Positions 26,771-37,968 of a stretch of DNA of 64,000 nucleotides are shown piece after piece. Source of the DNA: Thermodesulfobacteriota bacterium (GTDB lineage Bacteria > Desulfobacterota > Binatia > Bin18); the NCBI GenBank assembly GCA_964291405.2, contig OZ219926.1, positions 4,544,001 to 4,608,000 of the forward strand, read 5' to 3'. Both the position numbers and the translations under genes were made by a program. The stretch's first letter is position 1. Every line of letters begins with the position of its first letter. The notes under the pieces were generated by a model, which saw nothing but the letters and a program-made list of their open reading frames with translations, had not been told where the DNA came from and did not search any database.

Positions 26771-27742
26771 ATGCAAATGGCTGTTTCCGAGATTCCCGCT
26801 ATCCGCCAGACGGTGAAAGAGCTGTCCCAGATATCGACGCTACGGGCCGCATACCATCTGGTTGAAGTCTGGGGTGTGATTGGGCTGACGATCTGGCTGA
26901 GCGGCTGGGTCTTGCCTCCATCCTCGGGTATCTGGGGAGCGTGTGTCTATATCGGCGCGGTCGCTGTGATTGCCGCACGGCAGCACGCCCTGATGGTCCT
27001 CGTGCACGAGGCGATTCATAAACGGGTCTCGCGTACGGGATGGATCAACGACGCGCTGGCCCGTGTGGCCGCGGCGTTTCCGATCTTTATTTCGCTCTCG
27101 AAATGGCGCTTCATCCACCTCTATCACCACCAATATACGCATACCAAAGATGATCCCGACCGGGCTATCTATGCCCGCTATCCTCTGGGCAGCAGGCCGT
27201 TCTGGCGGCTCCTCCTCCGGGATGTGTGTAGCCTGAACGTCATCTCGACGCTGAAGTATTTTATTGACCTGCCCTTTGTGACGCAGGACTTTAACCGGAA
27301 ATTTTTGGGTGAGGAGCGCGCCGACCGCTATCGGCAGATCGCTGATATGGGCCAGTTCACGATCTTTTGGACGGCGGTGTTAAGCGGCGGTTTTGTCCTG
27401 TGGGGTTGGGAATTTGGGAAATACTTGGCGTTGTACTGGCTCGTACCGTACTGCACGGTGACCCAGGTCTTCTTTCGCATTCGGGGAGCGATCGAGCACG
27501 GCAACGTGCCCGACCCTGAGAACGCCTATCAACAGACGCGGACCTATTTCATGCCCGCGATCTTGCGTTTTTTCTTTGCGCCCAAGCAGGTGAACTACCA
27601 CCTGGAGCACCACCTGTATCCTTCCGTGCCCTTCTATAATCTCCCCCGGCTGCACGCGGTTCTTAGCCAGGCGATCTATCCTGCCGAGTCGGGCTATTGC
27701 GAGCCGTTCTCCACCGGTCTCAGAAAATTGGTCTACGGATAG
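26771..27742 (+). CDS. Membrane fatty-acid desaturase family protein
   Basis: His boxes HEAIH, HLYHH, HLEHH and hydrophobic segments. Confidence 0.88.
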   Translation: MQMAVSEIPAIRQTVKELSQISTLRAAYHLVEVWGVIGLTIWLSGWVLPPSSGIWGACVYIGAVAVIAARQHALMVLVHEAIHKRVSRTGWINDALARVAAAFPIFISLSKWRFIHLYHHQYTHTKDDPDRAIYARYPLGSRPFWRLLLRDVCSLNVISTLKYFIDLPFVTQDFNRKFLGEERADRYRQIADMGQFTIFWTAVLSGGFVLWGWEFGKYLALYWLVPYCTVTQVFFRIRGAIEHGNVPDPENAYQQTRTYFMPAILRFFFAPKQVNYHLEHHLYPSVPFYNLPRLHAVLSQAIYPAESGYCEPFSTGLRKLVYG

Positions 27743-27762
27743 GGGGAAGACAGACTCTCTAC

Positions 27763-27793
27763 AAAAAAACAGGGCAGCCATAACGGCTGCCCC
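27763..27793 (-). terminator. Rho-independent terminator of amidohydrolase gene
   Basis: GGGCAGCC-N5-GGCTGCCC stem followed by a T-run on the minus strand. Confidence 0.7.
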
Positions 27794-27819
27794 GTGTCTC
27801 TGCGTTTGTCTACGATTTT

Positions 27820-28941
27820 CTACAGATCATACGCCCGGGCCGCATTATCGCCCAGAATGTTCTGCCGGTCGGGTGGGGGGAGTTCCTTAATCCCATTCTG
27901 TAAGGTGTTGAGAGCATCCGGGAAGCCGTCAAAATGGGGGAAATCGGTTGACCAGAAGAACTTGTCCGAACCCCAGCGAGCGGCAGCCGGCGAGATCATG
28001 CTTTCATCCACATCACAGCCTACCCAGACCTGACGGCGGAAATACTCGCTCGGTGGGCGCTTACAGGCGGTCATGAAGCCGCTGTGTTCCCACTTGCTGT
28101 CCATCCGTTCGATAAAATGTGGCACCCAGCCGGCACCGACTTCCAGCACCAGCAGTTTGAGATTCGGAAAGCGTTCCAGGGTGCCACCCTCAAACATGCT
28201 GACAAAGGAAGCCTGGATATCAAAGCCCAGGGTGACCGACAGGAAATAGAAGGGTGAACCGTGAAAGGTGGTATGGTCATACCAGGTGCTGCCGTGAAAG
28301 TCGGGCCGCGCAATCACGTGCAGGCCGACCGGCATCTGAATATCCTCGGCAACGGCCCAGAACGGGTCGTAGGTCGTATCGCCATAGGCTTTCCCGTTTG
28401 CCGGGTAGGGGGTCAGCATGACGGCTTTCAATCCTAGCTTGGCCGCGCGTTTCAACTCAACAATGGCGGCCTCGGGGTCCATGAGGGAGATGTGTGCGAC
28501 TCCGTATAGGCGATTAGGGTCGTGATTGCAGAAATCGGCGATCCAGTCGTTGTACACGCGGTTATACGCCAGGGCGAGCCCGGGGTCATTGACCTCGCCT
28601 TCCCACAGCAGGCCGATTGTAGGAAAGAGTACGGCCGCATCAATACCATCAGCATCCAACTGCTTGATCCGCTCATGCGGGTCGTAGGCCCCCTTGGGAC
28701 CATCCATATACAGCTGGTCTTTGGAGAAAACGAGTTCGCCGGGCTTGCCGAAACCGGAGGCCACGCCCATCCCTCTGATGGTCGGAGAAATCTTGCCGTC
28801 AATGACAAGCGCTTCCCAGCCTTCCTCATCCTTGGCTATGTACAAGGCACGATCTTTGTATTTTGACTCAAGGTTCTCTTTCCACAAATTGGGCGGCTCT
28901 AAAATATGACCATCGGCATCAACAATTCTTCCGAGTTGCAT
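27820..28941 (-). CDS. Amidohydrolase_2 family metal-dependent hydrolase
   Basis: VDADGH, VLFPT, YDPFWA...GLH, WSTDFPHFDG. Confidence 0.9.
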   Translation of the reverse strand: MQLGRIVDADGHILEPPNLWKENLESKYKDRALYIAKDEEGWEALVIDGKISPTIRGMGVASGFGKPGELVFSKDQLYMDGPKGAYDPHERIKQLDADGIDAAVLFPTIGLLWEGEVNDPGLALAYNRVYNDWIADFCNHDPNRLYGVAHISLMDPEAAIVELKRAAKLGLKAVMLTPYPANGKAYGDTTYDPFWAVAEDIQMPVGLHVIARPDFHGSTWYDHTTFHGSPFYFLSVTLGFDIQASFVSMFEGGTLERFPNLKLLVLEVGAGWVPHFIERMDSKWEHSGFMTACKRPPSEYFRRQVWVGCDVDESMISPAAARWGSDKFFWSTDFPHFDGFPDALNTLQNGIKELPPPDRQNILGDNAARAYDL

Positions 28942-29050
28942 TGCGCGTCCCTCCTTGCACGTATATAGACTTTGCCCTGCTTCTAGCCTAGTTTATTCTG
29001 GATTACAAACCGTTTTGCGCTTTTTGTGGAGAGAGGTGAGAGGAAAGGAC

Positions 29051-29070
29051 TACCCCCGCCGGGAATCGAA
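29051..29070. repeat. att site: duplicate of tRNA-Arg 3' end
   Basis: TACCCCCGCCGGGAATCGAA identical to 33028-33047. Confidence 0.9.
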
Positions 29071-29217
29071 TCTATTCTTTTCCGGTCATGGTACAGGTGC
29101 ACCCCTTATTTTCTCTGTCCCGGAACTCTACCACCGCCCCCAGTGGGACCGGGGAGACGCCGCGCGAGAGGCCTCGTGGCGTGGGGCAGCGAAGAACATC
29201 TGATTGCCGAAAATTGT

Positions 29218-29568
29218 CTATTCGTCTGCGGGCACAAGCGCACAACAGTACAACCGATATTGGAGGGGATAGGAGTGCCGGAAGCCGTCGTCGGAGGAGA
29301 GGCCCACCCCGTTGACATAGGAGCCCGCCGGACAGGTTTGAGCCCCCTCGTGGCGGGCGCGCAGCCAGGGCAACCAGGCGCAGTCAGGACTTGCCCCCGG
29401 CGCGCTAACGGCCCCGGCCTGTTCGCGGGCGGCGTTGGGCGCCTCTAAGCGCAGATACGCATAGGAGCCAAGACCACTGAGGCCGAGCAGCAGGAGGAGC
29501 GCGGCCCACCACCTCCACCGCCCGCTTTCCCGCCTTTCCGACTCGCCTTCCAAATAGATGTCCGTCAT
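29218..29568 (-). CDS. Small single-pass membrane protein with Cys-rich C-terminal domain
   Basis: GGAGGG RBS; TM helix WWAALLLLLGLSGLGSYAYL; C...CPAGSYVNG...YCC. Confidence 0.6.
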   Translation of the reverse strand: MTDIYLEGESERRESGRWRWWAALLLLLGLSGLGSYAYLRLEAPNAAREQAGAVSAPGASPDCAWLPWLRARHEGAQTCPAGSYVNGVGLSSDDGFRHSYPLQYRLYCCALVPADE

Positions 29569-30048
29569 GACTGCCCTCCCAAGAGGAGATGGGGACTGCA
29601 CCCCTCCTCGGAGGGAATGGCTTCTCGTCTCTCCTTGATTTCATGCCATAGCCGGAAACCCTGCACAATGGTGGTTTCCGGGGGTGGTCCCCCTGTCCCA
29701 CCCCCAAAGACCTGTACCCATCAGGGCTTCCTGAGTATAGGACCACGAATTTCCTCCCAATCGCTCCTCATCAAACGGGAGCGGGATGGTATCGTTCAGC
29801 TTAGGAAAGGCCCGCTCTAGGCTGCGGTGAAACTTGTCTCAGTTCGGAGCGGCCCGCATAAGTACCATCACTGCGGCGATATGCTGACTGAGCTTGACGA
29901 GTCCAGGGTCAGGCGTGAACCACTGAGGGTGCTTATGCTTACGGGTGCCGTAGGGCGGGTGAACCGGAGGCGTAACCTGACCTACAAACTACACGGAGGG
30001 AAATCGAAGTTTTTGGAGGAACCGGGCGCCGTCTACGACAGTCAATCC

Positions 30049-30085
30049 ATAAATATTTGTTATCAAACTGATAAATAAAAACAAT
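30049..30085 (+). promoter_or_regulatory. OxyR-type operator upstream of katG
   Basis: ATAA-N7-TTAT-N7-ATAA-N7-CAAT, the spacing of the ATAG-N7-CTAT-N7-ATAG-N7-CTAT consensus. Confidence 0.65.
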
Positions 30086-30131
30086 TTGAATTATCTCAGG
30101 TGGTGCCTATATTGGGAAATGTTTACGTTAA

Positions 30132-32342
<2,211 letters not shown>

Positions 32343-32361
32343 TCTCCGCGCGGCATTCGTG

Positions 32362-32397
32362 AGCAGCAGGAGGCGGATTCCCCCGCCTCCTGCTGCT
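32362..32397 (+). terminator. Hairpin after katG
   Basis: AGCAGCAGGAGGCGG-N6-CCGCCTCCTGCTGCT 15-bp stem. Confidence 0.65.
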
Positions 32398-32534
32398 TCC
32401 TGCAGCGTCACCCTCGCCGATGCTACTCGGCCTCGACCGTCACGCGTTGTCCGGTGAATATCGAGTCAAACTGTATGGCCGGCACCGCCCCGGCCCAGGG
32501 TTCTCCAGATAGCCAACGATGAGGCGCCTCTTCC

Positions 32535-32882
32535 TCACGGCTGACCCGCTGTGATGGCACTGAGCGCGGCAGCCCGAGATTCATACACGGCAATCACTTG
32601 GTCAAAGCCGCTGACGGTGATCACCCCACGGATATGGGTCGGGAGGGTACACACCCCAAACCGCTTCCCCGGTTCGTTGAACTTCCGGGCAATAATCAGC
32701 CCGACCCGCAGGCCCGGGCTGCTAATGAAAGTCAGCTGCTCAAGGTCCAGGAGCAAGGCCGTGTCTCCCGGCTCAATACCGGATTCCAGGAGCTGATGAA
32801 ATGCCTCGGCGGTGCTGCCGTCGATACGTCCGATGACCGTGGCAATCAACACTCCGTCTTGCCGTTCCCATTGAATATCCAT
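32535..32882 (-). CDS. STAS-domain anti-sigma factor antagonist
   Basis: GRIDGSTA...LLLDLEQLTFISSPGLR...VSGFD. Confidence 0.88.
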   Translation of the reverse strand: MDIQWERQDGVLIATVIGRIDGSTAEAFHQLLESGIEPGDTALLLDLEQLTFISSPGLRVGLIIARKFNEPGKRFGVCTLPTHIRGVITVSGFDQVIAVYESRAAALSAITAGQP

Positions 32883-33027
32883 TCCCTTCCCACGTTTTTT
32901 CCAACGCCATATAGAGGAATATATTGGAATCGAACAGGCAAGATCTTAGAAAATGAAAACCCCTTAAAATACACTATATTAGTGGATTATTTGGGAAGGG
33001 ATGGGAACAGAATGGACTGGAGAAGTA

Positions 33028-33099
33028 TACCCCCGCCGGGAATCGAACCCAGACCCCAGGTTCCGGAGACCTGTGTGATATCCATTTCACCACGGGGGC
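33028..33099 (-). tRNA. tRNA-Arg(CCG)
   Basis: GCCCCCG acceptor, anticodon arm CAGGT-CTCCGGA-ACCTG, GGTTCGATTCC T-arm; CCA not encoded. Confidence 0.93.
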
Positions 33100-33226
33100 A
33101 CGGCCGGTACAGTATCATATACCAGCGCAGAAGCAATGTTGTGGGGGAGGGGTGGCCCTATGCGCAGGGCAGGGAACGCGGCCGGCAGGTGGTCTCAGCG
33201 GTGGGTGCAATGGTTGAGGGAGGAGG

Positions 33227-33604
33227 CTACCGTTCCTCTCTCTCAATCGTCAACATGGCGTCGTCATCATACAGCCGGTTGTCAAGGTATAATTCGGGGT
33301 AGCGAGCCTGCGTTTCCAGACTCTCGTCCACTACACCGCTTACGGTTTCATCCGCGTCATTCTCGGTATCGCTGCCGGCCGCCAGATTACCTCCGTACAA
33401 CTCGGGATAGCGCATCCGGAGTTCCAGACTCTCGTCTACACTGTCGGTTATATTTTCTGCTTCTTCTTCGTCGCCACTCTCTAACCCGAAGTCTTCGCCA
33501 AAGAGCGAACCTGAAGAGTCCGGGCGAATAGAATAGAGGGACTGGGACAGTCCGTTCGACGCAAAGAAGAGCAGCAGGGTAAGCGTACTGATCAGTGTCT
33601 TCAT
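33227..33604 (-). CDS. Secreted acidic protein with two internal repeats
   Basis: Signal peptide MKTLISTLTLLLFFASNGLS; VDESLE...RYPELY occurs twice; GGAGG RBS. Confidence 0.65.
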   Translation of the reverse strand: MKTLISTLTLLLFFASNGLSQSLYSIRPDSSGSLFGEDFGLESGDEEEAENITDSVDESLELRMRYPELYGGNLAAGSDTENDADETVSGVVDESLETQARYPELYLDNRLYDDDAMLTIEREER

Positions 33605-34113
33605 GTCAGAATCCTCCGTATGACATTCTGTCCAGGGCGAAGGGCGACTCGCACGGCGGATAACCGAGACGCGGACGTCTCGACCGCGGACGCTGGAGGT
33701 GCGTGGACGAGCAGGCAGCCCCTCAGCCGGACATGTACCTTTTTCCCGGCGCCATAGCCTTTGACAATAACGCGCTGGCCGGATTGGAGTTGTCGGAGGT
33801 CTGGAATCTGAGACCGATGAACCAGACACTCAACACCACTCAGGCGCGACGGGTCTCCTTGTAAAATAAGGGCGACCTGTCCTGAATCATCTTGTTCAAT
33901 ACGCGTGACCTGACCCGATACCTGGATGACCTTATCCCGATATTTTTTATCCGCGACCGTACGGTCGGTGCGAAAGGTTTGGTAGAGGAATGTGGCTGAG
34001 GTTCTGAACTCGGGTTTTTGTTCGAGCTCAACAGTTTGCTGGTCCGTCGTACGGAAAAACAAGACGATGATAAGGAAAAGAAGAGGAATCGCTATAAATC
34101 GCATACGTTTCAC
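33601..34113 (-). CDS. Membrane-anchored OB-fold (tRNA_anti-like) protein
   Basis: ADKKYRDKVIQVSGQV...GQRVIVKG...LRGC pattern. Confidence 0.7.
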   Translation of the reverse strand: MKRMRFIAIPLLFLIIVLFFRTTDQQTVELEQKPEFRTSATFLYQTFRTDRTVADKKYRDKVIQVSGQVTRIEQDDSGQVALILQGDPSRLSGVECLVHRSQIPDLRQLQSGQRVIVKGYGAGKKVHVRLRGCLLVHAPPASAVETSASRLSAVRVALRPGQNVIRRILT

Positions 34114-34211
34114 TCAGGTCCTTCAAAAGTAAGACATTCCTGTCGGTTGGGTCAAGAGAGGCGGGGCGGCAGAGGAGAAGGGTATACCCCGAGAAGGGCT
34201 GGAGTGGTGTG

Positions 34212-34886
34212 TCAGCCTGCCGGCTCTGTTGCCATGAGTGTTTCAATGTCCTGGAGAAGCTGGACCACAGATTCCGTGCCATCGCCCCGATAATAGCCGC
34301 GGATGCGTCGCTGCGGGTCAATCAGCACGAAACGGTTGCTGTGCACAATAGGCTCGTGGGTTGTCAGGCGGGGATCGTTCGGTGCGAGGGCTTCCACGCC
34401 GAGCCGAAAGCCCTCGCGGATTAACGTATACATGGCCGTTCGGTCGCCGGTCAGGAATAGCCAACGCTGGTCGTCCGCGCGGTAGCGCCGCGCATAGACT
34501 TGCAGCACCTCGGGCGTATCCCGTTCCGGATCGACACTAAAAGAAAGAAAGCGGACCGGCTTGGGACGCAGGGTCGTTTGCAAGCGGGCCATCCGTTGGC
34601 TGAGGAGGGGACACCTGCCCGGACAGTGGGTGAAGATGAAGTTGGCTACCCATATGGACCCGGTCAGGTCGGTATGACCAAAGGGCTGTTGCGTTCGCTC
34701 GATCAGCGAAAAGGCCGGGACTTCTCCCAGGATGGGAAGTCGTCCAGGCAGGGCAGACTGAGAGGAATCTGAGAAGAGAGAAAAGACGCCATAGCCGACA
34801 ACAAAGGTAAGAACAAGACCCAGCGCACCCCAGATTATGCGCTGTGAGAGGGATTCTGGGGCGGCGCTTGAAAGTCTGTCCGGCAC
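34212..34886 (-). CDS. SCO1/SenC copper chaperone
   Basis: FIFTHCPGRCP (CxxxC), SVDPERDTP, HSNRFVLID. Confidence 0.92.
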   Translation of the reverse strand: MPDRLSSAAPESLSQRIIWGALGLVLTFVVGYGVFSLFSDSSQSALPGRLPILGEVPAFSLIERTQQPFGHTDLTGSIWVANFIFTHCPGRCPLLSQRMARLQTTLRPKPVRFLSFSVDPERDTPEVLQVYARRYRADDQRWLFLTGDRTAMYTLIREGFRLGVEALAPNDPRLTTHEPIVHSNRFVLIDPQRRIRGYYRGDGTESVVQLLQDIETLMATEPAG

Positions 34887-34892
34887 CGTAGG

Positions 34893-35240
34893 CTAGTGGT
34901 CAGCCGGTTCGCTGACCGCAGCCGGCTCGGTTGGCGTGTACGTCCTGCTGGTCGAGGTCAGATCCGGCAGGAGCATGATGATGAGAAAGACGCAGATGGC
35001 CATGGGTGTCAGCGCAATCACGCTGAGCGTCGTGCGCTCAAAGCGCAGATGCATGAAATACAGTGCGACGAGAAGCGCCTTGGCAACCGCGAGGATGACC
35101 AGCAGAGAGCCAGCGGTGAGTTTGTCGGAAACCAGGGGGGGCACCATCAACTCAAGAATGGTCAAAACGGTGAGAAACACCATTATTGCGAGATAATTCG
35201 GTTCGGGGTGGTCAGCATGTGCGGCAGATTCGTTTGCCAT
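34893..35240 (-). CDS. Cytochrome c oxidase subunit IV
   Basis: Y...LTVLTILE, AKALLVALYFMHLRFE. Confidence 0.85.
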   Translation of the reverse strand: MANESAAHADHPEPNYLAIMVFLTVLTILELMVPPLVSDKLTAGSLLVILAVAKALLVALYFMHLRFERTTLSVIALTPMAICVFLIIMLLPDLTSTSRTYTPTEPAAVSEPADH

Positions 35241-35251
35241 CGTGTCTTCCT

Positions 35252-35881
35252 CTACAGCAGGTATACAAAAGTAAAAACCAGGATCCAGACCAGGTCTACG
35301 AAATGCCAGTAGAGGCCGACAATTTCCACCGGGCTGGAATTTTCGCCTAAGAACCTCCCATTCATGCCGGCAAAGAGCACGCACGTCAGATACACCACAC
35401 CGCCAAAGACATGGCAGCCGTGAAAGCCGGTCAGGATATAGAAGGTCGTGCCAAACAGCGGAGCGCCCCACGGGTTGCCACTCATGGTCATGCCGACATG
35501 GGTGAGGTGCGTCCATTCATAGGCCTGAAGTCCCAAAAATATGGTCCCGCCAACAATGGTCAGTAAGAGATATTTGCGGAAGTTCGGCAGGTCACTGTGC
35601 TTTGCCGCGGACAAGGCTTTGACCATGGTGAAGCTGCTGACAATGAGCAGAAAGGTCATAAACGCAGTGAGATTGATGCCCAGGGCTTCGATCGGGTTGG
35701 GCCAGTCCGGACTGCTGGCGCGCATGGCTCCATACCCGGCTAACAGGCCACCAAAAGACATGGCATCACCCGCCAGAAAGACCCACATGCCGAGTTTGCC
35801 CCAACTCTCCGGGGTGACGGGTGACTCTGCCGGCTGCTGAGCAGCGGAGTGGGCGTGAGAATCAACAACAGCTTCGCTCAA
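35252..35881 (-). CDS. Cytochrome c oxidase subunit III
   Basis: GMWVFLAGDAMSF, FYILTGFHGCHV, GLYWHFVDLVW; TTG start after AGGAG. Confidence 0.9.
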   Translation of the reverse strand: MSEAVVDSHAHSAAQQPAESPVTPESWGKLGMWVFLAGDAMSFGGLLAGYGAMRASSPDWPNPIEALGINLTAFMTFLLIVSSFTMVKALSAAKHSDLPNFRKYLLLTIVGGTIFLGLQAYEWTHLTHVGMTMSGNPWGAPLFGTTFYILTGFHGCHVFGGVVYLTCVLFAGMNGRFLGENSSPVEIVGLYWHFVDLVWILVFTFVYLL

Positions 35882-36207
35882 GGTTGCTCCTCCTTTGGGG
35901 TCGATACTCCCCGAAGGGATGGTAGCGTCCCCTGTGCTCGATGTGAGCGATTCGTTTTCCAATAGCGGTAAAAAATCCAGCCGCCGATGGAGCCAAAAAC
36001 GACGAAAGGCATAGTCATCAGAAAAAAGGCACTGCGTAACATGCCTTGCGTCACCTGCTCATTCGCGCCGGATAAGAGAGTCTGACACATTGCGCAGCCT
36101 TGTGCTAGGGCCTCCTGAGGCGGGCCACTAACGTAGCAGGCCGCCAGAAAGGTCAGCGCTGAAATACCGAACAGGCGAGAGATACAAGAGGGAATTCGAG
36201 TGCGCAT
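35878..36207 (-). CDS. Small membrane protein with CAMC motif in the oxidase operon
   Basis: Signal-like N-terminus, AQGCAMC, one TM helix; tightly packed in the operon. Confidence 0.65.
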   Translation of the reverse strand: MRTRIPSCISRLFGISALTFLAACYVSGPPQEALAQGCAMCQTLLSGANEQVTQGMLRSAFFLMTMPFVVFGSIGGWIFYRYWKTNRSHRAQGTLPSLRGVSTPKEEQP

Positions 36208-36216
36208 ATGCCACGT

Positions 36217-36891
36217 TTAATTCAAATACACCAGCGGGAAAAGGACGACCCAGACCGCGCCAACGTAATACCAATACATGCTACATATTTCGACACCGAT
36301 ATGCTGCTGCTGAGAGAATTTCCCGCGTCTGGCTTGCAACAGCACGATGCCGAGCCAGAGGACTGCGGCAAGGACATGCAGGCCGTGGCAGCCGATCAGT
36401 GTATAAAAGGTCGCGCCATACATACCGGTTGAAATGGTGAGTCCGTCGTGGACCAGTTGCACCCACTCAAAGCCTTGCACCCCAAGAAAAATGCTCCCCA
36501 GAAGTGCCGTAATCGCGAGCCAGCGTACGAACGGCTGCTGTTGGTCGGCTTGAATGCAGCGCATAGCCTTCCACATGGTGTAGCAGCTGAACAGCAGGAA
36601 AGCGGTATTCACCCAGGTGATACCCACGGGCAGGTATAAATGGCCTGATGGCCAAACCGGACTCCCAAAACGAAAGACTACGTAGGCGCCAATCAGTCCG
36701 GCAAAAAACATGGTCTCTGCCCCAATCAGCATCAGCATCCCCATACGGGCGTTACTGACCGGCGGTCGTGGGATACTGGGGGGAGGTGGGCCACCACCAT
36801 AGCCGGGAACGGCCACCAGCGCTTCCGTGGTTTCGTGGGTCGATGGTTGAGACGCCGGAAGTTCGGCTGCAACGGCTGATCCGCGTGGCAT
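36217..36891 (-). CDS. Cytochrome c oxidase subunit III (second paralog)
   Basis: IGAETMFFAGL, FYTLIGCHGLHV, MYWYYV. Confidence 0.85.
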   Translation of the reverse strand: MPRGSAVAAELPASQPSTHETTEALVAVPGYGGGPPPPSIPRPPVSNARMGMLMLIGAETMFFAGLIGAYVVFRFGSPVWPSGHLYLPVGITWVNTAFLLFSCYTMWKAMRCIQADQQQPFVRWLAITALLGSIFLGVQGFEWVQLVHDGLTISTGMYGATFYTLIGCHGLHVLAAVLWLGIVLLQARRGKFSQQQHIGVEICSMYWYYVGAVWVVLFPLVYLN

Positions 36892-36916
36892 CGACACTGC
36901 CTCTCTCAGAAACAGG

Positions 36917-37033
36917 CTACGCAAAGATAATGAAACATGTTGCTGCAGCAGTGTACAGCACGATAAAGAACGCGATTTTCTTACCGAGTGAAGAATTTTC
37001 TTCCTGTCGCTCGGCGCGGGTTACTAATGGCAT
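36917..37033 (-). CDS. 38-aa single-TM microprotein (not in ORF track)
   Basis: MPLVTRAERQEENSSLGKKIAFFIVLYTAAATCFIIFA fills the gap between ctaB and subunit III in operon orientation. Confidence 0.5.
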   Translation of the reverse strand: MPLVTRAERQEENSSLGKKIAFFIVLYTAAATCFIIFA

Positions 37034-37065
37034 TGAGGTATCTCGTTTTTAGATCATGCTGAGGC

Positions 37066-37968
37066 TTATAGAGGCAGCTTATCGAGAGCCATGGCCGTCA
37101 GCAAGACTGGCAAATAGACGAGTGAGGCAAACATGAGCTGACGAGCTGAGTCGCGCGAACGCGTACGTGCCAGACGGATCCCATACCACAGAAACAGGCA
37201 ACCCAGCCCAAACGCGATAACAAAATAGCGCGGGCCGGCCATACCGACCAAGGTCGGAAGGAGGCCGACTGCTAACAGGGCCAGACAGTTGAGTACGACC
37301 TGACGGCCCGTACTTTTCCCATCCGGCTCAATCACGGGCAAAAGCTGGAAGCCGGCCCGGGTATAATCCTCTCGATACAGCCACGCAATGGCGAGCGAGT
37401 GGGGCATTTGCCACAAAAACATAATGGTGAACAAAATCCAGGCTTCGACCCCCAGCGTCTCATTGACTGCGGCCCAGCCAATGACTGGGGGAAGGGCGCC
37501 AGGGACGGCACCCACAATACCGCACAAGGAGGTTTTCTTCTTCAGCGGAGTGTAGGCGAACAAATAGCTGATAGTGATGAAGGCGGTAACCAGGGCGCTT
37601 AACGGATTCACCAGCAGCATGAGGTAGAGCAGGCCGATCATAGTCAAGGCTGCACCAAAGACCAAGGCATCCAGGGGTTGCAGCCTGCCGTCGGGCAACG
37701 GACGGGTTCTGGTCCGTTCCATCAGGGCGTCGGCCTCGCATTCCATGAGCTGGTTGAGTGCCAGGGTACCACCGCCAGCCAGGGCCGTCCCAATCAACGT
37801 ATGCAAGAGCAGCGTGTAATCGAGGACGAGCCAGGAGCCCAGATAAAAGCCCACGGTTGTCGTGACCAGGATCATACTGACCAGCCGTGGCTTGGTCAGC
37901 TCGACAAAGGCGGCTAGCCGCCGCAGGCGCGGCAGATCGCATGCAACTGTCTGTGTTTGCTGTATCAT
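37066..37968 (-). CDS. ctaB: Heme o synthase (protoheme IX farnesyltransferase)
   Basis: LTKPR, DALMERTRTRPLP, YTPLKK, WQMPH. Confidence 0.95.
   Translation of the reverse strand: MIQQTQTVACDLPRLRRLAAFVELTKPRLVSMILVTTTVGFYLGSWLVLDYTLLLHTLIGTALAGGGTLALNQLMECEADALMERTRTRPLPDGRLQPLDALVFGAALTMIGLLYLMLLVNPLSALVTAFITISYLFAYTPLKKKTSLCGIVGAVPGALPPVIGWAAVNETLGVEAWILFTIMFLWQMPHSLAIAWLYREDYTRAGFQLLPVIEPDGKSTGRQVVLNCLALLAVGLLPTLVGMAGPRYFVIAFGLGCLFLWYGIRLARTRSRDSARQLMFASLVYLPVLLTAMALDKLPL

Noticed and set aside
29600-29830. Possible structured ncRNA or riboswitch in the island
   Set aside because: A few GC hairpins are present but match no family I can recognise; a covariance search would be needed.
29827-30078. 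83-aa ORF upstream of katG as integrase or regulator remnant
   Set aside because: No recognisable motif, and it runs through the katG operator region.
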